Of a stretch of 64,000 nucleotides of DNA, positions 1 to 8,611 are shown piece after piece. The notes under the pieces are model-generated. The model had not been told where the DNA came from. It searched no databases and was given only the letters and a program-made list of their open reading frames with translations. How positions within the stretch are numbered: the stretch's first letter is position 1; each line of letters begins with the position of its first letter. This stretch comes from Ostreococcus lucimarinus (Eukaryota): the NCBI GenBank assembly GCA_000092065.1, contig CP000592.1, one strand, 5' to 3'. The translations under genes were made by a program, and so were the position numbers.

Positions 1-2689
1 TTTACGGTTGGCTGGGTTGAGTGAAAATTTTGCACAGCACACAACTCGTACGTCGATACTGGCGCGCAAAGCAGGGCACATCACCGAAGGCGTTCAAGCC
101 ATTCGCGCATTACGAATAATGGCGAGTCGTCTATCGTCAATTTTGCCCGGAAAGCCTCTACCAAACTTGATTCTTTCCAGGACGGCGCCGTGGCGAGTCG
201 AAGAAGCTAAGCTGTTGTGGGCCGAGGGAAAGGCTGAATCCTCCATCGCCATCGTCAATTCCATCGTGCAACTCATGCTTCCCGGGCAAGCGTCCTACGT
301 CACGAACTCGAAGACTGGAACTCCGACAGAAGAAGTAGGCGTGACAGAGCCGGAAGCAAATCCAGACGCTCGATTCTTTGAACTTCTTTGTTTATTGTCG
401 AAGTGGCAGGCGAGCGCACGCACTGAGTCTAGCAAGGTGATTTTACGCAGACTCTTGGATGGCGTCAACGGTTTGACAATGGCGTATAGAAAAGGCCTGC
501 TCGACAAGACGGGTAAGAAAATCACTAGGGGTAGTCGCGGTCAAAACGTCGTGGTGTACACCAAAGACGGGATCAATCCCGTTACGCAGCTCAGATTGCT
601 GAGTCGCGCTCATTTCCGTTTGGCCCAATTCACCGATTCGCAGTATCGACAACTCGAAGAACGCATGAATTCTCCAGAATGGATTCGTTCCGAAGCCTTG
701 CGACAACGCAATGAAAACGAATTGACGCATCTCAAAAGCGAGCGAGAGGTGAATAGAAACGCCCTTCGCTCTAAAAAGAAGGGAAGTGCAGCGTACAACG
801 AGCTCGCAAAAGCGATTCATAGTATGAACGCTCGATGTGGTCCACTGGAGATGCAAGTTTTGAACGATCAAAACGAAACCGTGAGCATGTACAACGAACA
901 CACGAGTTCGCTTATTTCCGCATTGCAAGCTTACAGACGGTCTCTTGAAGCTGGTGGGTGGAATTCTCAGAAAAGCATTTTTAGAATGATCGCGCTTTGG
1001 TTTACGCATTGCGGCGGCGGAAGTAATCGTTCGAGAAGCAAAATGGAAACACTCAAGGTGATCAAAGCAGTGAATGCTGAGCTTGAAAAGCTCATCAACC
1101 GCCCCACAATTCCAAGCTACGTTTTTGTCGAGTTGTCTCATCAAATAGTCAGTCGCCTCGGCTCGCCGTGTGCTCCGGAGAACGATTTCATCAAGGTGCT
1201 TGAACAACTGGTGTTGCGCATCATGAGAGATCACCCGTATCACGTGCTGTATCAAATACAAGCGTTGACGCGGGGTGATCGCGTTGCGCGCGCGGGCGTC
1301 TGCGCGACAAATGAAAAGATCGTCGCGGCAAAACGATTACTTGAAACTTACAGTTCGGAATCGAATGATCGAAAATTGATGTTGTCGCAAATGGAACGCT
1401 TGATCGAAGCATACATTCACATCGCTCAGTTGAAGTTACCTCAAGACGAAAGCCTCGTTTTTCATCCTCTTCCAAACGATGTGAAAAAGCGAGCCTTGTG
1501 CAACTTGAAGATGATCCCAGTACCCACGGCACCGATGGCAGTAGATCCGGCGTGCAAGTACCCAGACGGAAGTTTCCCGTACTTTCTTCACTTCGCCGAC
1601 AGCACGCGCTTGGTGGGCGGCATCAATGAGCCGAAGCTTTTGGGCTGTCACGGATCCGATGGTCAGGTGTATCGACAGCTGGCGAAAAGTGGAAACGATG
1701 ACTTACGTCAGGACGCTGTGATTCAGCAGTTTTTCGGGCTCGTGAACACTTTGCTGAAGCAAAATACGAGTACAAATTCGCGCAGCATGCGAATTCGCAC
1801 TTACAAAGTCATTCCGTTTTCTCCCGAGGCTGGTCTTCTCGAATGGGTGGACGAAACCGTTTTACTTTCGAACTATCTTATTCGCGACAAGAAGGGCGCG
1901 CACGAGCGTTATCGACCTCACGATATGAAATCCAGGGATATCTCGCAGATGATGCGAGATGCAGTGACAGCTGAAGCGCAACACAAGATGTACGAAGAAG
2001 TGTGCGAAAACTTTAAACCGGTCATGCACAACTTTTTCCTGGAACATTACCCAGACCCGAGCAATTGGTTCGAACGTCGCGTTGCATACTCGAGATCATG
2101 CGCGGTGAACTCCATCGTCGGCTACGTCATCGGCCTTGGCGATCGACACAGCAGCAATATCATGATTGACAAATGGACCGCCGAATTCATCCACATCGAT
2201 TTTGGCGTCACGTTTGAGCAAGGCTTGACGCTAAAGACTCCCGAACGCGTTCCATTCCGTCTGACGCGCGATATCGTCGATGGTATGGGCGCGTGTGGCG
2301 TCGAAGGCATCATGCGCCGGTGCTGCGAAGAAACTATGAAGGTGCTTCGCTCAAACAGAGACGCCCTCACCACCATCATCGCCGTCCTCGTGCACGACCC
2401 CATCTTAAAGTGGGCCGTCGGAGGTCGTCGTCAAAACGCGAACATCTTCAGGACCACTACGATGTTCGGTACGATCGCCTACGCCCTCAATCCCGACCGC
2501 GAGGTCGTCCCCAGCGACGAAGGCAACCTCGACGCCGAACGCGCTCTCATGCGCGTCAAACAAAAACTCGACGGTTACGAAGACGGCGAGCTCCGCTCCA
2601 TCGAAGGTCAGGTCCAACAACTCCTCCACGACGCCCGCGATCCACACAAATTGGCAGTCATGTACGCCGGCTGGGCACCGTGGGTGTAA
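1..2689 (+). CDS. ATM: ATM/Tel1-family PIKK serine/threonine kinase, C-terminal portion (FAT C-terminal region, PI3K/PI4K catalytic domain, FATC). The 5' part lies outside the window.
   Basis: The reading frame of ORF 8..2689 is open to the window start. It has the catalytic loop GDRHSSNIMID and the IDFG activation motif. The FATC tail (...DPHKLAVMYAGWAPWV) parallels the human ATM C-terminus (...DPKNLSRLFPGWKAWV). Confidence 0.9.
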   Translation, partial: LRLAGLSENFAQHTTRTSILARKAGHITEGVQAIRALRIMASRLSSILPGKPLPNLILSRTAPWRVEEAKLLWAEGKAESSIAIVNSIVQLMLPGQASYVTNSKTGTPTEEVGVTEPEANPDARFFELLCLLSKWQASARTESSKVILRRLLDGVNGLTMAYRKGLLDKTGKKITRGSRGQNVVVYTKDGINPVTQLRLLSRAHFRLAQFTDSQYRQLEERMNSPEWIRSEALRQRNENELTHLKSEREVNRNALRSKKKGSAAYNELAKAIHSMNARCGPLEMQVLNDQNETVSMYNEHTSSLISALQAYRRSLEAGGWNSQKSIFRMIALWFTHCGGGSNRSRSKMETLKVIKAVNAELEKLINRPTIPSYVFVELSHQIVSRLGSPCAPENDFIKVLEQLVLRIMRDHPYHVLYQIQALTRGDRVARAGVCATNEKIVAAKRLLETYSSESNDRKLMLSQMERLIEAYIHIAQLKLPQDESLVFHPLPNDVKKRALCNLKMIPVPTAPMAVDPACKYPDGSFPYFLHFADSTRLVGGINEPKLLGCHGSDGQVYRQLAKSGNDDLRQDAVIQQFFGLVNTLLKQNTSTNSRSMRIRTYKVIPFSPEAGLLEWVDETVLLSNYLIRDKKGAHERYRPHDMKSRDISQMMRDAVTAEAQHKMYEEVCENFKPVMHNFFLEHYPDPSNWFERRVAYSRSCAVNSIVGYVIGLGDRHSSNIMIDKWTAEFIHIDFGVTFEQGLTLKTPERVPFRLTRDIVDGMGACGVEGIMRRCCEETMKVLRSNRDALTTIIAVLVHDPILKWAVGGRRQNANIFRTTTMFGTIAYALNPDREVVPSDEGNLDAERALMRVKQKLDGYEDGELRSIEGQVQQLLHDARDPHKLAVMYAGWAPWV

Positions 2690-2806
2690 TTGATCCGATA
2701 GTACACGAATCCATCGTTGTCTTCGTTAAAGTGTCATGAAAAGATTAGAAATGACGTCAGCGCGTCGTCATCGCGTCGCCACACTCGCACTCGCAAACCA
2801 CGTACC

Positions 2807-3535
2807 ATGCTCGCACTCGCTTCCACCACCGCCGTCGTCGCGCGCCGGAAAACGATCGTCGCGAGCGCGGCTTCGTCCGCGTCCGCGCCCGCGCGCGTCG
2901 TCCTCGCGGCGTCGTCGACGTCGACGTCGTCGGCGCTCACGGGGACATCCGATGCCGCGCGGGACATCGCCGCCACGGCGTCCACGAGCGCGCACGGAGG
3001 CCGACGCGGAGCGCTCATGGCGATCGGCGCGCTCGCACTCGCGATGACGACGGATGCGCCGCGCGCGGAGGCGTCCTCGGATCGACCGTTCAAGGAAGTC
3101 TGCGACCCGACGGCGGACGGCGCCGACTGCCGAGCTAGAATTTTGGCGCAAGACGCCGTGAGCGCGGACACGTACGACAGCAAGAAGAACACGTTCAAAG
3201 CGGCGAATGCGTCCACAAATCCGAATCTCACGACGTATCAAAGCGATACGCTGACGTTCTTGGAGGAGGTCGAGGCGCTGTTGGCCAAGGACGTCTACGA
3301 CCCGACGCGCGAAAAAGCCATCGCGGTGTTTCAAAAGAAATCCAACGATTGGTCCGGGAAGTACGCCCCGGGCGGAAGCTCGAAGATGGCGTCGGGGCGC
3401 GCGTTTTATAACGCGCTGAACCAACTCGCGGGGCATTTTTCCTTCAACGGCTTGGCGCCGTTGCCGAAGAGTCGACTCGAAGTCGTGGAGACGAACATCG
3501 CGAAGACGCGCGAGCTCATCGCCGAGGGTCGTTAA
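2807..3535 (+). CDS. PSB27: Photosystem II repair/assembly lumenal protein Psb27, with a Ser/Thr/Ala-rich transit peptide and a twin-arginine (RRGALMAIGALALA...AEA) thylakoid signal.
   Basis: The C-terminal block FYNALNQLAGHFSFNGLAPLPKSRL matches the conserved Psb27 motif (AxNSLAGHYxSxGxxPxP). An RR motif followed by a hydrophobic stretch and AxA is typical of TAT lumen targeting. The start at Met 2807 is preferred because ATG 2717 lies only 28 nt after the ATM stop; 2717 is the alternative. Confidence 0.7.
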   Translation: MLALASTTAVVARRKTIVASAASSASAPARVVLAASSTSTSSALTGTSDAARDIAATASTSAHGGRRGALMAIGALALAMTTDAPRAEASSDRPFKEVCDPTADGADCRARILAQDAVSADTYDSKKNTFKAANASTNPNLTTYQSDTLTFLEEVEALLAKDVYDPTREKAIAVFQKKSNDWSGKYAPGGSSKMASGRAFYNALNQLAGHFSFNGLAPLPKSRLEVVETNIAKTRELIAEGR

Positions 3536-3604
3536 CTCGCGTTATTGAATATATTTGTATTGTCATCGCTCGGTTAACACGCTAGTTCCATCCTTCGTTC
3601 GCTT

Positions 3605-3648
3605 TCGCCCGTCTCGCGCCTCTCGCGCCTCTCGCGCCTCTCTCCTTG
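3605..3648. repeat. Short tandem repeat (CGCCTCTCG)n, about 4 units, in the intergenic/5' region upstream of guanylate kinase.
   Basis: Direct reading: gtctcgcgcctctcgcgcctctcgcgcctctctcc. Confidence 0.5.
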
Positions 3649-4023
3649 GCTCTGAGTGCACTCAAAAAAGCCACGCCGCACTTCTGCGCGCGCATGTTGC
3701 GGCGTCCACCGACGCGCATCGAGCTTAAAACGGAGGATAAAGAAGAGGTACGCGCGACGTCGACTCGGTGCGAACGAACGCGAGCGAGCGCCGCCCGAGC
3801 GCGACGACTGACGATGAAGAACCAAAGTTTGAACAACTCCGACGAGATTACTTAAAGTCGCGTGAACGCGGCGCCGAGGGAGCGACGCGCGCGGACGCGG
3901 ACGCGATTCGACGACTGGAGCGCGAGCGCGAGCGCGCGCGAAGACTTGGGCTCGATCGCGCGGTGCACGACGTGGAAGAGGACGGGAACTAATCGCTTAG
4001 TTGGTCGGTTGCGCGGGGCAAAC

Positions 4024-4707
4024 ATGGCGCGACCGCTCGTCGTCGTCGGACCGTCCGGCGTGGGGAAAGGGACGCTGATCGCGATGCTTCAGCGAGAGTT
4101 TCCCGATAAATTCGGGTTCTCGGTGAGTCACACGACGCGGTCGCCTCGACCGGGAGAGGTGCACGGAACGCATTATAATTTCGTCGACAAGTCGACGATG
4201 GAGCGAGACATCGAGAATGGAAAGTTTTTAGAGTACGCGCACGTGCATCAGAATATCTACGGCACCTCGTTCGCGGCGGTGAAAACCGTGACGAAAAGTG
4301 GAAGGATCTGCCTGCTCGACATCGACGTCCAAGGGGCAGAGTTAGTGAAGAAATCCGATTTGAACGCCGCATACGTCTTCATAGCGCCGCCGTCGATGGA
4401 GGAACTCGAACGCCGTCTTCGCGGTCGAGGCACAGAGAGCGAAGACGCCGTGTTGAAGCGTCTCGAAAACGCTCGTAACGAAATGGCGAAAAAAGACGTT
4501 GAGGGCTTCTTCGACGCCGTCATCGTGAACGACGACGTGGACAAGGCGTACGAGGCTTTAAAATCTGTCATCGCCGCCCACGTGGAAACCGGCGCGTCCT
4601 CTGCGTCCTCTCGCGACGCCGTCTTAAAGTACGGTCCCTCCGCGTTCGCCATCGCGTGCGCCATCGCCATCGCCGCGAGAGTTTTCATCAACAAGGGCGG
4701 TCCTTAG
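4024..4707 (+). CDS. GK: Guanylate kinase (GMP kinase) with a C-terminal hydrophobic extension.
   Basis: GPSGVGKGT P-loop, the HTTRSPRPGEVHGTHYNF guanylate-kinase signature and DIDVQGA. The internal Met at aa 55 of ORF 3862..4707 aligns with the GK N-terminus (MARPLVVVGPSG). Confidence 0.9.
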   Translation: MARPLVVVGPSGVGKGTLIAMLQREFPDKFGFSVSHTTRSPRPGEVHGTHYNFVDKSTMERDIENGKFLEYAHVHQNIYGTSFAAVKTVTKSGRICLLDIDVQGAELVKKSDLNAAYVFIAPPSMEELERRLRGRGTESEDAVLKRLENARNEMAKKDVEGFFDAVIVNDDVDKAYEALKSVIAAHVETGASSASSRDAVLKYGPSAFAIACAIAIAARVFINKGGP

Positions 4708-4853
4708 TCGTGCAACCAACCAAACTGTCGTTTCGCAAACGTTTCGCGCGCGCGTCCCGAAATTCCACCTGTCCACTTGATTCCTCACCCCTCTCGCGCC
4801 GCACACGCCGCCGCTCGCCGCTCGCGCCACCGACGCCGCGTCGAGCGCGCAAG

Positions 4854-5691
4854 ATGTGGCTCTTCAAGAAACAAAAGACTCCGCAGGAGCTGTTGCGCGA
4901 GAACAAGCGCATGCTCGACAGATCCATTCGAGAAATCGATCGCGAACGGTCAGCCATGATGTCGCAAGAAAAGAAGCTCATAGCGGAGATTAAGCGCGTG
5001 GCCAAGGCGAATCAGATGGGCGCGGTGAAGGTGCGCGCGTGGACGATCGTGCGCGAGGGCGAAAACGCGCGGTGTCGGCGCGATGATGCGTTGGAGGGGA
5101 TGAAGGTGGAAGCGCGACGCGGCGGTCGGAATTGACCACGGCGACTGACGGAACGAAACGAACGTGCGTCGCGCGATGTAGGTGATGGCGAAGGATTTAG
5201 TGCGCACGAGACACTCGATAACGAAGTTCTATGCGCTTAAATCCCAGTTGCAAGGGGTGTCGCTGCGAATGCAAACGTTGAAGAGCTCGCAGGCTATGGC
5301 GGACGCGATGCGAGGCGTGACGACGGCGATGAAGTCGATGAACACCAAACTGAATTTACCCTCGTTGCAAAATATATTGAAGGAGTTTGAGCGACAGAAT
5401 GAAAAGATGGAGATGACGACAGAGGTGATGGGGGACGCAATCGACGATGCGTTCGAGGGTGAGGATGAAGAGGAGGAGACGGATGAACTCGTGAACGCGG
5501 TGTTGGACGAACTGGGATGCAACGTCGGGGCGGAATTAATCTCGGCGCCCGCGGGTAAGGTTGGCGCCGCCGTCGATGCCGAACGAGTGGCGCCAACCGC
5601 GGTCCTAGAGGGTGGTTCGGCTGAGCCCGCGACCGGGGGTGGCGGGCTTGACGACGATTTACAGGCGCGCCTCGACGCTCTTCGCAAGTGA
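4854..5691 (+). CDS. CHMP2: ESCRT-III subunit CHMP2/Vps2 (Snf7 family). Two exons: 4854..5030 and 5182..5691.
   Basis: Exon 1 (MWLFKKQKTPQELLRENKRMLDRSIREIDRE...ANQMGAVK) and exon 2 (VMAKDLVRTRHSITKF...LQARLDALRK) are collinear with human CHMP2A (...QMDAVRIMAKDLVRTR...). The donor is AAG|GTGCGC and the acceptor is TGTAG|GTG. The frame is restored across the junction. Confidence 0.85.
5031..5181 (+). other. Intron of CHMP2 (151 nt, GT..AG, with a GACTGACG branch-like motif about 32 nt upstream of the AG).
   Basis: Required to join two ORFs that are homologous to contiguous parts of CHMP2A. Confidence 0.8.
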
Positions 5692-5758
5692 GCAGTAAAA
5701 TCATTGTTTGTACACCAGTTACATAGGTTCGTTTCGTGCGGCAAGCTAATATCGTCCC

Positions 5759-7129
5759 CTACTCCACTTCTGCGAGGATCTTCTTTTTGCGCGCGGGTTT
5801 GAATTCCTTCTTCTCCGCGCCAGGCGCGGCGTGCGCGACGCGACGTTTCGCCTTGCGAGTCTCGGCTTCTTGCATCGTCCGCCGCAACTTGGTTTGCTTG
5901 TGAATAGCCTTGGGTACGTGATGGTGATTCGCAATGCGCCTGATTTCGGGCATGTGCTTAAAACGGTCCTTTAAAGACGCGTTATACGCGTGCTTGCGCT
6001 TTTCACGAGCCGAGAGCGTGCCCATTTGCGCGCTCGCGTCCGCCTTCCAACACCTCACGTTCATGTCGTCCGAGGCGCTGAAGACGTACGAACCATCCAT
6101 CGAAAAGCGCGTACAGAACACGCGCTGCATGCGTTTGGTGTGGTAGCAATCTTTAGAGTGTCCAGCGTTGTAATCAAACATGCGCACGGTTCTGTCATAA
6201 CTCCCCGCCACGAATTCCCGACCCGTGGGCGAGTAATCGATATCCATCACGGCGCTCACGAAATCCTTATGAACGCACGTCGCGATATCCAGCTTTCGCA
6301 TGTCGTACGAGTATAAGTTGGTATCCTCGTTGGCAACGGTGAAATTAAACGCCTCCATCGGATTCCAGCACAGTTTGGTCGACTTTGTCTGCATGATGAT
6401 CTTCTTCAACGGCGTCTGCATTCGAACGTCGTACAACGCGATGGATCGATCCGACCCACACGACGCAAAAATATCCGTCTCCACCGGATTATATCGCACT
6501 GAAAGCACCGTATCGGAACCCCACTCGAACGTATGCAGCGCATGACTCCGTTCCATGCTCCACACCTGCACGTTCGCCCCCGCGGTGGCGAACTCCTTTT
6601 TCCCCCAGTGCGCGTCGCAGTCCCTAAAACCGTTGCTCTCGACGTACATCTCCGACGTCTCCAACACCGGAATCTTCCGCGTCGGATCGTTCATCTCCCC
6701 CATTCCCGCCTTCGGCATCGTCCACAACCGAATCGTCGCGTCGTCGCCGCACGACACCACCGCGCCGCCGTCGTTCGACGCGCTCACGCCTCGGCACGCC
6801 CCTCGATGTCCCTTCAGCACCCGCACCGTCTTCAGGCTCGGCACGTCCCACACTCGTATCTCTCCATCCGCCGCGCCGCTCACCAATTCCGTCAGCGACG
6901 CCGGCGACTTCGCCATGCACAGCACGCCGTCCGCGTGTCCGCTCATCTGTCCCGCGAACGGCTTCGCGAACACCTTGTCCAGCTTCGTCGCGTTCAGCGC
7001 GCGCTTGTACTCCGTCGCCCGTCCCATCGGCCGCAGCTCGGGCGCGAGATTTCGATGCACCCTGAGCGCGTCCGACTTTCGCTCGCGCGTGTAGTCCTCC
7101 TCGACGCGCGAGATGGTTTTTATCTTCAT
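5759..7129 (-). CDS. DCAF13: DDB1/CUL4-associated factor 13 / U3 snoRNP protein Sof1 (WD40 repeats plus Sof1 domain).
   Basis: The N-terminus MKIKTISRVEEDYTRERKSDALRVHRNLAPEL...ALNATKLDKVFAKPF and the C-terminal Sof1 motif are near-collinear with human DCAF13. The start is taken at Met 59 of ORF 5759..7303; the upstream part is Arg/Gly low-complexity. Confidence 0.9.
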   Translation of the reverse strand: MKIKTISRVEEDYTRERKSDALRVHRNLAPELRPMGRATEYKRALNATKLDKVFAKPFAGQMSGHADGVLCMAKSPASLTELVSGAADGEIRVWDVPSLKTVRVLKGHRGACRGVSASNDGGAVVSCGDDATIRLWTMPKAGMGEMNDPTRKIPVLETSEMYVESNGFRDCDAHWGKKEFATAGANVQVWSMERSHALHTFEWGSDTVLSVRYNPVETDIFASCGSDRSIALYDVRMQTPLKKIIMQTKSTKLCWNPMEAFNFTVANEDTNLYSYDMRKLDIATCVHKDFVSAVMDIDYSPTGREFVAGSYDRTVRMFDYNAGHSKDCYHTKRMQRVFCTRFSMDGSYVFSASDDMNVRCWKADASAQMGTLSAREKRKHAYNASLKDRFKHMPEIRRIANHHHVPKAIHKQTKLRRTMQEAETRKAKRRVAHAAPGAEKKEFKPARKKKILAEVE

Positions 7130-7600
7130 CGCGCCGCCGCCGCCGCCGCCGCCGCCGTCCCGGTCGCGCGCGCGTTCGAGCCGCGCGCGCGCGCTCGCGC
7201 GTTCGAGCCGCGCCGTCGCGCGCCGCCGAGGCGCGCGCGATCGTCCGTCGTCGTCTCGCGCGTCGCGTCGTCCCGCGTCGCGCTCTGCGCGCGCGCGCGT
7301 CACTCCGCGTCGCGTCGTCGATGCCGTTCGTGCACATCGCGTGGTGCGTTTCGCCGCGCCGCGCCGCGACGCGACCTCGACTGACGCCGCGCGCGCGCGT
7401 GCAGGTTACCCAAGGCGTGTCGCACGCCCGAAGCGCGCAAGGAGGTCGCGCGCGCGGTGATCAACGCGCTGGTGAGCGTCAAGAGCGCGGACATCAGCGC
7501 CGATAAGGTGGTCGTGCGATTCAGCGAAGCGGTCGACGGGTTCGCGCTGCCGCCGGGGCACACGCGCGAGAGCGTGGACGCCAAGTAAGGCGAAGGCGAG

Positions 7601-8437
7601 ATGCGGCGCGCGGCGCGGGAGGCGGCGAGGGTCGGGACGCGCGGCGCGAGGGCGAAACATCAATTGGTGACGGTGGAGCTGGTGAGCGACACGATGTGAC
7701 CGAACGGATACATCGGGAAGCGACAGCTGCAGCGCGCGATGCGCGCGGTGCAGCGAGAACCTCTCGATGCGAACAATCCGTTGCGGTTCACGGTGCTGCG
7801 GGTGCCGTTTTTTCTCGAACCGGAGTATCCGCGAGACGAGGCGTGGAGCGAGACGAATCGAACGAGGTTGGAGCGGAAGTGGGGAGGAAAGCGGGAGTTT
7901 GACGCGCAAAAGAGGAGGCATCGATTGAAGGAGCGGGGCGAGGACGTGGGAATTAAGCACTTTAATCTCGATCGGTTGGCGAGCAGTACGATGGCGTCGC
8001 ATAGGCTCGTGCAGTGGGTAACGAAGAATCACGGCTGCACGGCGAGCGAGACGTTGTACAACGACTTGAACAAGAGACACTTTGAGGATGGGCAAAAGCT
8101 CAACGACAAGAGAATGCTCGCGGAGGCCGCGGCGAGAGTTGGAGTCGACGCGAATGAGGCGATGGAGTTTTTGCAGTCGGGCGAAGGCGAGATGGAAATC
8201 GAAGGCGCGCTGCTAATTTTGCGAAAGATGGGCATCAACTCCATTCCGAATTTCATCGTCGGAGCGCAACACATCTTGTCCGGAGCGGTTCACTCGTCGG
8301 AGTTGATCAAGTTGTTCAGACAAATCGAACGAACGGGCAAAGGTGCGCCCGATAGCGCGTTCGCGGCGGTGTTGGGCATCGGTGACGACGTCATCGCGCG
8401 CCCGCTCGACGCGTCGTATAACGAAGCCTCGGCGTGA
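7601..8437 (+). CDS. DsbA/FrnE-like thioredoxin-fold oxidoreductase and candidate selenoprotein. The in-frame TGA at 7697..7699 is read as Sec.
   Basis: Frame 2 is open from ATG 7601 to the stop at 8435..8437 except for one TGA. The translation around it, HQLVTVELVSDTM[TGA]PNGYIGKRQLQRAM...RFTVLRVPFFLEP, aligns on both sides with the FrnE/DsbA active-site region KIDVWSDIVCPWCYIGKHRLEKA...VEVVHHSFELDP. This places the TGA at the first Cys of CPWC. The downstream part (ORF 7739..8437) carries the rest of the DsbA fold (HFNLDRL, NSIPNFIV). Confidence 0.6.
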
Positions 8438-8611
8438 GCGCGAAGCGTCTAGCAGAAGCGAGTCGAGATGAAACGTGACGAAGTCGAGTCGAAAGCGCAA
8501 ATGAATTCGCGCTGGCTCGAGTCTGATTATACTCTCGCTCGCTTCGAGTAGACGCGTTATTTTTGAGTACGATGATAGCACATTTTTTAACAACAGTCAA
8601 AACGTTTTTTA

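Noticed and set aside
6533-7584. Arg-rich ORFs 6533..7384 +, 6555..7094 +, 6624..7337 - and 7300..7584 -.
   Set aside because: They are antisense or alternate-frame to the well-supported SOF1/DCAF13 gene and its promoter. They have no domain content.
8438-8611. A definite SECIS call by eye.
   Set aside because: Candidate ATGA/TGAT core and flanking pairing exist, but helix II and the apical loop could not be verified without folding software. It is left as a test, not a feature.
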